A stretch of 64,000 nucleotides of DNA from Longimicrobiales bacterium (GTDB lineage Bacteria > Gemmatimonadota > Gemmatimonadetes > Longimicrobiales > Gaopeijiaceae). Both the position numbers and the translations under genes were made by a program. Positions 1 to 8,518 of the stretch are shown piece after piece. Numbering within the stretch: the first letter of the stretch is position 1; the number at the start of each line of letters is the position of its first letter. The stretch spans positions 1,504,001-1,568,000 of the forward strand of contig CBDAON010000004.1 of assembly GCA_965198065.1 (NCBI GenBank), written 5' to 3'. The notes below the pieces were generated by a model, which had not been told where the DNA came from, did not search any database, and saw only the letters and a program-made list of their open reading frames with translations.

Positions 1-2
1 GC

Positions 3-281
3 AATGCGATGCAACCAATCCGGCGGAGAGATGGCACGCAGCGTGGCGACAGGGTCGGGAGCCTGTACGGTGCGCGGGTCGAGCGGGGCACTCGGGGGGC
101 ATGATTTACGCCCCAGATATAATGCGAATACCGGACGCTGGAGCGCCATTGCGATGTGCCGCATAGACCAGGTTCCGTCCTCACTCCATACAGCTACGGC
201 AATGGCTACATCGGTCCGGTAGTCACGAACCGTGATGATCGTGTTGATGCCGCGCCCGATGGCCTCAACGGCGGCGCGACG
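3..281 (-). pseudogene. cas5e: Type I-E CRISPR-associated Cas5 (CasD) fragment, lacking N-terminus, runs off the left edge
   Basis: Manual minus-strand translation gives RRAAVEAIGRGINTIITVRDYRTDVAIAVAVW...ALQRPVFALYLGRKSCPPSAPLDPRTV. RDY and LYLGRKSC are Cas5e hallmarks. No start codon or DYHT motif upstream in frame. Confidence 0.8.
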
Positions 282-588
282 ACCATTACTTGTCCGCCCA
301 TTCGAATGCTGCAGCCCGCGGGTTCCGAGTACCGATACCCGGCCCCTAGCAACATGGGAACGCCGGTCTCCCCTCGGCGGCTGCCATCGCCGCGCACACC
401 ACCCTGAGGGAGCAAGACCACAGCCGCCTCCGCACTCAAACCGTGCTGCATTCGTTCGACTTGTTCACATGGCTTCTTGATCAATTCCCTCTCTTCTGAA
501 CGCTCCGCCACAGGCTCCGCGGTGCGTCCTTGCACAGCTATAATATGTGTGTTACATATATATGGCATGGCAAAACGAGGAGGTGACT

Positions 589-1365
589 ATGCCGCCGGTA
601 ATCCGGATATCCGACGAGAACTACGACAAGCTCAAGCTACTTGTCGATGACCCCTTCGGTGGGGAAACTCCGAACACGGTGGTCGGGCGTCTCCTAGACG
701 CCGTGCTGAGGTCGGAGCGGACCCTGAGTCACAACGGGCGCAACGCCGCCGCCCCGCCCGTTCCGGTCAGGACCCTCGATCCCGAAGCGCCCGGAGAACT
801 CAAGCATACCTCGGTACGAAGAGTGACCATAGATGGCCGCGACATCCCGAAGGCAAACTGGAATCAGCTCCTTCGAGAAGTCCACATGCGGGCGGCCGAG
901 GAACTCGGCAGCCCCGAGGTGATCCGGATTTCCGAGGCCAACGTCCGGGCCGGTGAATTCACCGAGGGAGGTTACTATCATCTCGCGGCAGTCGACCTGT
1001 CCGTTCAGGGCCAGGACTCCAACGAGTGTTGGCGAAGCAGCTACCGGCTGGCCGAGCGTCTGAATGTCCCTATCAGCGTTGAGCTCCGCTGGCGAAACAA
1101 GGACGGCGCAGCCTACCCGGGCGAGCTCGGGAAACTGAGCTTCGATGCCCGCGTCTACCTTGTAGAGCCGGTCGGCGGCGAATGGTCCCTTCGGCGGCAG
1201 GGCGTCGATGCGCCGATGGAGTCAGCACCCACTCTCGACGAGGCGCGCGAATCCGCTCTAGGACGGCTGAGGGGCTTCGCGCCGTGTAACCTGCGCATGC
1301 TCGCGGACCCCTACGAGGAGTGGCGGCTCCGTCATATGGATGCGGATTGGCACCAGATTACGTAG
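589..1365 (+). CDS. Hypothetical protein resembling the 'T4SS effector SepA family' seen on mobile islands, with C-terminal extension
   Basis: RBS GAGGAGG before ATG 589; motifs PVIRISD, NWNQLL, SVQGQDSN, WRNKDGAAYPG recalled from that family. Confidence 0.55.
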   Translation: MPPVIRISDENYDKLKLLVDDPFGGETPNTVVGRLLDAVLRSERTLSHNGRNAAAPPVPVRTLDPEAPGELKHTSVRRVTIDGRDIPKANWNQLLREVHMRAAEELGSPEVIRISEANVRAGEFTEGGYYHLAAVDLSVQGQDSNECWRSSYRLAERLNVPISVELRWRNKDGAAYPGELGKLSFDARVYLVEPVGGEWSLRRQGVDAPMESAPTLDEARESALGRLRGFAPCNLRMLADPYEEWRLRHMDADWHQIT

Positions 1366-1578
1366 CAACCGATGCCACATCACATTAAGGTTCGAACAGC
1401 TGCACGTCACAGCGCGAGCGAGGGCGCTGCCATGGCGCCCGTATACACATGTGTGAACACGCTGTTACTGACGAGGCAGTGAGCCCATGGTAGGATCTCC
1501 GACGATCCCATGCCTCTGACATTTTGAATGGAATCCACAGTGCCTTGAAATGACGACCGCTACCTATCTGACCCACGT

Positions 1579-1790
1579 TGACCTGCCCCCAAGAGCGGTA
1601 CCACATCCTATGTTAGTCCCAGCACCTGTGGAGGGCCATGAAGGACGGGCATCCTCAGGAACCAGGGCGACGGAGCGGCCTCAGCCGGATGCACGATCCG
1701 TCGTTGAGCCACAGCCGACCTCGCTTCGGCTGCCGCTCCGGCACCTTCAGCCCCTCCTGCCTCCAGATCCGCTCCACCCGCTTGTGACCG
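1579..1790 (-). mobile_element. IS3-family remnant (internally deleted OrfB fragment plus terminal IR)
   Basis: HKRVERIWRQEGLKVPERQPKRGRLWLNDGSCIRLRP; minus-strand end GGTACCGCTCTTGGGGGCAGGTCA at 1579. Confidence 0.75.
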
Positions 1791-1794
1791 ACCT

Positions 1795-1890
1795 CCGCGT
1801 CTCGACGCTCACCGGCGAGATACGAGGCCCAGTCGCTCATGGGTCAGTGCCTCCGCCCAAACAGGTCCTTGCGCCGGTAGGGCGCCTCGC
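1795..1890 (-). pseudogene. Degenerate 3' tail of a P4-like tyrosine integrase
   Basis: EAPYRRKDLFGRRH*PMSDWASYLAGERRDAE aligns with the C-terminus of the 8519..9724 integrase (EAAYARSDLFERRRVLMDNWAAYLAGERRDPE). Confidence 0.75.
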
Positions 1891-2571
1891 CGCGGTACCG
1901 ATTCTGACTCCGGTGTACTCCGAATCCTGCAACAAGAAAGCCAGGGAGCTTCGACACTCTCCGGGCCTTGCGGGACTACTTGTGGGCTGCGACCGTGCTA
2001 CTTGGAGAGCATGAGAGATGCGTCAACGATCGAGGTAGCGGCCAATGAAGCAATGGGTCAAGGACGGCGTCGCCGAGGTTGCAAGACAACTTGCCGACGA
2101 GGAACCCCATCGTGTTGGGCCAGGGGGTTCCCCTTGGCAGTGTTTGCTGCCGTGCGTGATCGACGGCCAGACATCTTGTCGCACATCGAGAGATACCGTC
2201 ACGGGGTAGACCCCTATCAAGTCGTGGCATGTTTCATCCCGCCGCGCGACCGTCTCCTATCCCAAAGCTGATCTGCGCTGGATACGGCCCCGTGGGGAGT
2301 GGGAGATCGCCCGGTCCGACTTGTCTCTCCGCCTTCCTCGCCCAGAACTTCGTCCGCAGCCATCCCACTCGGTCCGACGACTTCTCCCTCATATTTGTAT
2401 ATCTGAAGTGATACAGAGACCACTGTTGCGAACGACAACATGTTGTATAACAACATCTTATGATCGGCATAGCTAGTCCTAGTACTTATACGATTACTTG
2501 CCGTAATCACGTCACCTGTACTGTGCCTGATGTGCACTCGCCGATCAGCACCGACCCTCGCCGATCCGCGT

Positions 2572-2862
2572 TCAAAATCGGCCTCCAGGGAGCCGTCTCG
2601 AGCGCCATGTCGCGAAGCCGTGGATCAACGTTCCGGGACTCGAGGATCGGTGGAGGTCGTTCAGCTCGACGATCCGCTTGAGGCAGGCCTGCAGGTCGCC
2701 ATACTCTTTGAGCACCCGGTCATCCTTCTTGCGGATGGCCTGCTCGATTCGGGCGATCTCGCGGCGAGCCGCACTGTCGGGTTCCGGAACAGCGGAGGGG
2801 CCGGATGCTGTAGATGTGTTGGTCCAGTTCTCGAGGATCGTCAGGGCCCGCTGCAGCTCCCT
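2572..2862 (-). pseudogene. C-terminal fragment of an unknown gene truncated by an IS end
   Basis: Open frame RELQRALTILENW...REIARIEQAIRKKDDRVLKEYGDLQACLKRIVELN with no start codon, abutting IS sequence. Confidence 0.35.
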
Positions 2863-3338
2863 CTGAGGTGTTGCGACGACCTCTTGAATTCACCCAGTAC
2901 ACGTCGATCGCATTCGGGCTCCGCTGCAAGCATATGGGTGTTCGGCCCTCGATGGGCTCGGTGGGTGATGCGTACGACAACGCGCTGTGCGAGAGCTTCT
3001 TCGCGACGCTCGAGTGCGAGCTGATCGAACGCAGGCGCTTCGCGAATCGTGTGGAGGCCAAGATGGCGGTGTTCCGCTTCATCGAGGGCTGGTACAACCC
3101 GCGTCGCAGACACTCAGCGCTGGGCTACAAGTAGCCCGTCAATTTCGAAGCGAAGCACTCGGAGGCCGCGTGAACACTTGGGCCTTCAGAGCGCCGAGGC
3201 TCTTCTAACCTTGGCGGATTCTAGCTGCCTTCCACTCCCCTGCGCCTCTGGCGCAGCGGAAGCTTCTGACTCCATCGGGGGTGGGGTACAGAAACAAAAC
3301 TCAAACACTTACCTGTCCACTGAATCGGGGGAAGTCCA
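2863..3338 (+). mobile_element. IS3-family transposase C-terminal remnant with right IR, preceded by an IS30-like end
   Basis: QYTS...SMGSVGDAYDNALCESFFATLECE...WYNPRRRHSALGY, premature stop at 3132; IR CTGTCCACTGAATCGGGGGAAGTCCA ends at 3338; GTGTTGCGACGACCTCTTGAA resembles IS30-family termini. Confidence 0.75.
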
Positions 3339-3519
3339 GCTCAGATGGTGGAGGGACTCTTAGAGAGGGTCTCGGTCTAGCAAGGCTTCTCCACCTGACG
3401 CAACGTATACCCGCCGCTGCCGGGGCTCTGGACCCATTCACCCTCGACCCTTTGCTGTCGAGTGATTAGGGTGCATTGTTCGACCTCCTCAGTTCTGGCA
3501 AGCAGCTTTGGAGCAGCTC

Positions 3520-6500
3520 ATGTCACAGATTGCCTCATTCAGTTCTGTGCGCGACGACCTGGCCGAGATCATTTCTCCAGGTACCGCTGGGCTAGTGTTG
3601 GGCGCCGGCGCGAGTGAGAGCAGTGGGGGTATGCTTTGGGGGCCACTCGTCAAAGAGTTGTGCGATAGGTTTCCGAAAGCACCGGTCAGTCCATCACAGC
3701 ATCCGTTTGAGATCTGCGATCTTATTTGCGAAACACCTGTCTATGGCCGGGCTCCACTAGTTGAATTCGTGAAGGAGCGCTTGGGCTCCCTGGTGCCGTC
3801 TCAGGATTACGCTCAAATCCCACGAGTGAAGTGGCAAGCTATTTTCACGACTAACTACGACGACCTCCTTGAACAAGCATACCGATCCACCTCCCGCCGA
3901 CAGAACCTAGACACCGTCCACCTTCTCCCAGATGCTCTGGTACTTGCTGCGCGTCCCAAACACGTACTTGGCTGTTGCCTGATGGGATCTGTGAGGAATC
4001 GCTTCGATTCGTCCGCGTCTCCGGTCCTGACTTGGAGCGACTTTTACTCGACCCAAAGTGATCGTGAAAAGATGCTCGCGCTTGTGGAAACCATTCTCCT
4101 CCAGGGCGGAAAGATCATATACGTCGGATACAGCTTCGACGACTTCATACTTTTGAGGGTAGTGGAGGCTGTGGTCTCCAAGATTGGCCTGCAGGCAGCC
4201 CCCTACGGTTACGCTTTGATGGGTTCCGGCGACGGACCTACTGGGACCCACCTACACCGATTACAGGCTCGAAAGGTGGTGCCCATTCGCGGATCCTTTG
4301 AGGATCTCGCGGCACTCCTTCGCGATATCGCAGACGGAAGCCTGGAGCCTAGGCATGGAGATGCCCCCAAGCTTGAGAGTCCAGGAGGAGGACGAGCGCT
4401 GTTCATCCATAATGAGGAGATTCGGCTTGATGATGAAGTCGCCTCAGTCTTTGACGAGTCCTTCCAAGTCCTTTCAGAAGAGGAGATCATAGATCCCCGT
4501 GGGTCGGAATCTGAGAGCACCGATGAATCGTCATTGGCGAAGAGCTTCCTAGAGGGAATGACTCTTGGATGGCTCCCCTATGTGAAAGGGTGGACATACT
4601 GCAGACCGGCATATCATGAAATCTACGGCAATGTCCGAACCACCGCGGAGCTTGGGGACCCAGCGGCTAATGAAGTGATTCTGATCCATGGCCCTGCAGG
4701 CCTCGGGAAGTCTGTTATGGTGAGACAACTAGCCTTCGACTTGTATCGAAAGGCTCAGATTCCCGTGTTGCTTGCGCGAGCGTCCTGGATCTCCCGTCCC
4801 GATATCCGCCTACTCGACAGGTATCTCAACGAAATCGAGCTGGCGCGAACTTCGAATGGCAACCTGCCGGCACTCGTAGTCATTGTCGATCAGGCAGAGC
4901 TCCTGGAACACAACCTTCCCTATCGAGCCGCAAAATACTTACGAGGCAAGGGACGATCAGTTCTCTTTGTGCTCACAGCCCGGACTAATGAGTACTTTCG
5001 GGACAACACCGGAGAGAAGAATCTTGGAGATCCTCGAGAATTTGAGATACCAGAGAAGCTTGAAGAAGGTGAAGTTGCGGGCCTAATCGCCCACATCCAG
5101 AAGCTGGGCGTATGGGATAGGCCCATGGTCACGACAGAAGCGTTTTGGAAGGAGTACGTCGCCAAGGAATTTGATAACACATTCTTTGACACAGTCTATT
5201 CGCTCGTGGAGCCCACTCGAGAACCTCTGCGGAAACGAGTTTGGTCCGAGTTTGAGAACCTCAGTGCACTCGCGCAGAGAGCGTACATATATATTGCTGC
5301 CCTTCACCAGTTCAGCATACCACTGAAAATGGAAGTGCTTCGCCGTGCGCTGGACGTCCCGTTCACAGATTTTCTACAAGATATCATCAAGAGTGATGCC
5401 AGAGCGGTGCTCTTTTCGGAAAGCCAGGGAGCGGATCTCAATCTCTATTTTCGCGGGCGATCACGCATGATCAGTGAGCTCGTGTTCAGCCGTGCATTGG
5501 TTGACCCACAGGAGCAACTGGACACATTCAAGGAGATCGTTCGAGCCACCGAGCCAAGCGAGATGTTCGGTAACGACGAACTGGATGCCTTGCGGCATCT
5601 CCTCGTTCATGTTCTTGGGCCAAGCGGCTACGATCACCGCTTTTCGGTTGAAGAGACAGCCGAGCTGTTCCGTGAGGCAGTGGAGCAAGTAGAAGATGAC
5701 GTCTTGGAACACCACTGTGGGTTGGCGGAGCGTGAGGCGGGCCGGCTACTTTCTGCCAAGCAACACCTTGAAAAATCCCTCGCCATGTCGGCGCTTATTC
5801 CTGTGGATTACACCGTCCAGAGAGAGGCGCCGCAAAATATTGAAAATTCACTGGCGGTCGTTTGTGGGCTGCTCGCTCTCGAGGCGTTGAAACGAAAGTC
5901 GCTCCCAGAGTCGGATGGCTTATATGAGGATGCGAAGCGGCACTTTGTGAATGCGCGTGCAGGGCAGTTCCCTAATGCTGCTGCATACGATGCCCACGCC
6001 CGCGTCCTGCGGGATCGTGCCGCGATCCGCTTTGCACAGGGTTCGCCGGACCAGGCACTTGCCTTGGGCGAAGCTCTAGCGATCGTGGATGACGGGATTG
6101 ACAGCGTTAATGAAGATTACCGTAAAGGTCTCGTGGAGCTGCGCTCCAGGATCCTGTATCAATTGGGGGACTTTCAAGAGGCGATCGCAGATCTGGCCGC
6201 GCGTGCCGAGAAGGGCAACCTACGGAATCGGGCCCTCTACCACATTATTCTTGGCCGTCTCCTGATGGATCTTCCCAACGTCAAAGGGAAGCATTTCAAA
6301 AAAGCTCTCTCCCACGCTACGAGCGCCTGCGAGTTAGACCCGACGCTATTCCAGGCATGGAAACTGAGGGCGAAGTGCTATGCGAGGCTCCAACCTAAGG
6401 ACCGAGTAACACAGTTTGAATACCTGGAACAGTGCCTGGTGCTACCGGGCGGTCGCGAGGACACGTGGGTGCTTTACAACTCGGCGGTCATAGCCTTCGA

Positions 6501-6819
6501 CTTAGAGAAATTCACAGGTTCTTTTGAGCACTTTCGCCAACTCAGGAAAATTGCGAAGGGAGATGAAAGGCAGTTTGGAATGATAGAATACGCAGGGGTT
6601 AGGGGAGGACTAGCGGATCCTCTTGAGTTCACTGGACGCGTCGTACGGACCGGACCCGCCCGCCTTGGAATCGAGTGTGAAGAGCTGTCGGTTTTTTCAC
6701 CGGTGTGGTTCAACCCAAAAATCCAGCGATTCTACACCGCACGCCAAGGGCATAATGTAAAATTTCTTGTTGGCTTCAATTACCGTGGGCTCAGCGGCGA
6801 GGATGTGGAGCAGACATGA
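3520..6819 (+). CDS. SIR2-like domain + STAND-like P-loop NTPase + TPR repeats + C-terminal OB/cold-shock-like domain; putative Avs/AVAST-like antiphage protein
   Basis: LGAGAS, FTTNYDDLLE and YVGYSFDD SIR2_2-type motifs; Walker A HGPAGLGKS, Walker B VVIVDQAE; helical repeats; visibly lower GC than flanks; island context. Confidence 0.75.
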   Translation: MSQIASFSSVRDDLAEIISPGTAGLVLGAGASESSGGMLWGPLVKELCDRFPKAPVSPSQHPFEICDLICETPVYGRAPLVEFVKERLGSLVPSQDYAQIPRVKWQAIFTTNYDDLLEQAYRSTSRRQNLDTVHLLPDALVLAARPKHVLGCCLMGSVRNRFDSSASPVLTWSDFYSTQSDREKMLALVETILLQGGKIIYVGYSFDDFILLRVVEAVVSKIGLQAAPYGYALMGSGDGPTGTHLHRLQARKVVPIRGSFEDLAALLRDIADGSLEPRHGDAPKLESPGGGRALFIHNEEIRLDDEVASVFDESFQVLSEEEIIDPRGSESESTDESSLAKSFLEGMTLGWLPYVKGWTYCRPAYHEIYGNVRTTAELGDPAANEVILIHGPAGLGKSVMVRQLAFDLYRKAQIPVLLARASWISRPDIRLLDRYLNEIELARTSNGNLPALVVIVDQAELLEHNLPYRAAKYLRGKGRSVLFVLTARTNEYFRDNTGEKNLGDPREFEIPEKLEEGEVAGLIAHIQKLGVWDRPMVTTEAFWKEYVAKEFDNTFFDTVYSLVEPTREPLRKRVWSEFENLSALAQRAYIYIAALHQFSIPLKMEVLRRALDVPFTDFLQDIIKSDARAVLFSESQGADLNLYFRGRSRMISELVFSRALVDPQEQLDTFKEIVRATEPSEMFGNDELDALRHLLVHVLGPSGYDHRFSVEETAELFREAVEQVEDDVLEHHCGLAEREAGRLLSAKQHLEKSLAMSALIPVDYTVQREAPQNIENSLAVVCGLLALEALKRKSLPESDGLYEDAKRHFVNARAGQFPNAAAYDAHARVLRDRAAIRFAQGSPDQALALGEALAIVDDGIDSVNEDYRKGLVELRSRILYQLGDFQEAIADLAARAEKGNLRNRALYHIILGRLLMDLPNVKGKHFKKALSHATSACELDPTLFQAWKLRAKCYARLQPKDRVTQFEYLEQCLVLPGGREDTWVLYNSAVIAFDLEKFTGSFEHFRQLRKIAKGDERQFGMIEYAGVRGGLADPLEFTGRVVRTGPARLGIECEELSVFSPVWFNPKIQRFYTARQGHNVKFLVGFNYRGLSGEDVEQT

Positions 6820-6957
6820 TTAGGTATTCCCCACCCATGGTTTTCTTCCCCAGAGGGGTGCGACCCCTGAACCTTTCCGATGAGACCATCTGACAAGCCG
6901 AGTACCGAAGGCCAAAACCAGTTGATCGTTCTTAAAGGGTGAGTCCCTCGGGTCTAA

Positions 6958-7086
6958 ATGGAAGCGTCAGAGAAGATCGAAGAGTTGAGGAACTCACTCC
7001 AAACGATCCTCCTGGAACTGAACAAGATAGTTCAGCGCCTGGATGAGGTTTTGAACCGAGCGCCACCAGCTGGGGTTCAGAAATAG
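6958..7086 (+). CDS. Small putative coiled-coil protein (42 aa)
   Basis: MEASEKIEELRNSLQTILLELNKIVQRLDEVLNRAPPAGVQK has heptad-like Leu/Ile spacing; below the ORF-track cutoff. Confidence 0.3.
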   Translation: MEASEKIEELRNSLQTILLELNKIVQRLDEVLNRAPPAGVQK

Positions 7087-7257
7087 GGCTCGACGGTGGC
7101 TGGCGGAGAGTGGAGAGGTCGAGAGCCCTGGTCTCGTTTCAGGGGGCCACGTCAGCTGGACGGGACTGCGACTCAGCGCTGAGCGACCAGCACCAACAAT
7201 CCGGCACAACGGGCGGTTGTTCCTCCTATCAAGCAGTTTGGTGAGCGATATCCTGAA

Positions 7258-7584
7258 ATGCCATTCTGCCACACGCCACACTGGACCGAGTTTCAGGAAC
7301 GCTACCAAGACGAGCTCACGACCGCACCTGAAGAGCTAGCTCTGAAGCATCTTGCTGGGACAGCGTATGTCCTTGGTCACGAATATCCAGAATATCGGGG
7401 ATGGAATGACCTAGCTGCAGCTATAGCAACGCATTGGCCCTCTCGTCAGGAAGCCTTCCGCCGGGTCCGCGAAAAGGCGGAGTTCATCATGCAGATCAAT
7501 CCGGATGACGTTGAGAATCAGCTAGGGCTATTGCTGGACGACATGGGTTTCAGCCGCCCAATCGGCGCTTCCACGCGCGCATAA
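7258..7584 (+). CDS. Hypothetical protein (108 aa)
   Basis: Protein-like composition; same low-GC cargo segment. Confidence 0.45.
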   Translation: MPFCHTPHWTEFQERYQDELTTAPEELALKHLAGTAYVLGHEYPEYRGWNDLAAAIATHWPSRQEAFRRVREKAEFIMQINPDDVENQLGLLLDDMGFSRPIGASTRA

Positions 7585-7603
7585 ACAGAAGGGGCCCAGG
7601 TTC

Positions 7604-7695
7604 TCAGCGCTCGTCGGCGAGGTAGGCAGCCCAGTCGTCCATGAGCCGGCGGCGGCGCTCGAACAGGTCCGTGCGCCGATAGGCCGCCTCGACGT
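7604..7695 (-). pseudogene. Second 3' tail of a P4-like integrase, fused to the relaxase
   Basis: VEAAYRRTDLFERRRRLMDDWAAYLADER*. Confidence 0.8.
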
Positions 7696-8199
7696 AGGCG
7701 CGGTGCCCGGGTTGCTGCACCCGCGCCAGCGCCGGGTCATCCGGCCGGCTCCAGCCCTCCTCGGCGTTGAAGGCATCGCGGAGCGGGTCGAAGTCTTCTG
7801 CCAGCCCGGCGGCGCGATGTTGAGGCTCCGGCCGGTCTCCAGGTCGCATCGCGCGGCGAGGACATGCACGTGAACGCAGCCGTCGCGCTCGCGGTGCACC
7901 ACGGCCGCCCAGGCGTAGCGGTCGGGCTCCAGCCCCGCCCACGCCGTCCTCTCGAACTCGTCGAGTACGGCTTCGATCTGCGCGTCGGTCGGAGTGTCGT
8001 CCGGTGCCCAGGCAATCACGCCCGACGTGTACTTGTGCTCGAACGCCAGCGCGTCGGCCACCGCAGCCACCTGATGGGGATCCCCCTGGAGGACCTCCAC
8101 GCCCTCGCGCAGTTGCCCTGTCGTGTCCCGCGCCCCGAGGAGGTAGTCGGCCGCCTCCCGGGCCGAGCCGGTTCCGCGGGCCAGGAACTTAATGTGCAT
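7690..8199 (-). pseudogene. Relaxase/mobilisation nuclease (HUH, MobA/MbeA-like), frameshifted and truncated
   Basis: MHIKFLARGTGS..AADYLLG, KYTSGVIAWAP, HRERDGCVHVHVL (HUH), LNIAPPGWQK; frameshift near 7795. Confidence 0.85.
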
Positions 8200-8465
8200 C
8201 GGCGTCGGGGCGGACGACGGGGGCCAACGCTGCGAGCGCCCGCTCGATGGCGACCAGGTGGGCGACGATCTCGACGGTCTCGGCGTTCGCTTTGAAGGTA
8301 TTGGCCCAGCGGGCGATCTGGTTCAGGTTCGCCCCGATCCGCGCCAGCTCGCGGGTCCGCTCTCGCTCCACCCCGGCGTGCGCCACGGTCCAGGGGCGCA
8401 CCCGGCCCACCGACCGGCGCACCAGATCCGACAGCGTTAACCCTGCGGAGCGCGCCTTCGCGCCC
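8189..8465 (-). pseudogene. mobC: MobC relaxosome accessory protein, 5'-truncated
   Basis: KARSAGLTLSDLVRRSVG...ELARIGANLNQIARWAN; overlaps the relaxase start. Confidence 0.8.
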
Positions 8466-8518
8466 CCGCTCTTCAGCGCCCTGACGGACTCGTCCGCCGG
8501 CGCTACGAGCGCGGCGGA

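Noticed and set aside
1900..2420. Possible reverse transcriptase/group II intron or other gene fragment
   Set aside because: PRGTP resemblance only; no PQG or YADD motif and no convincing frame
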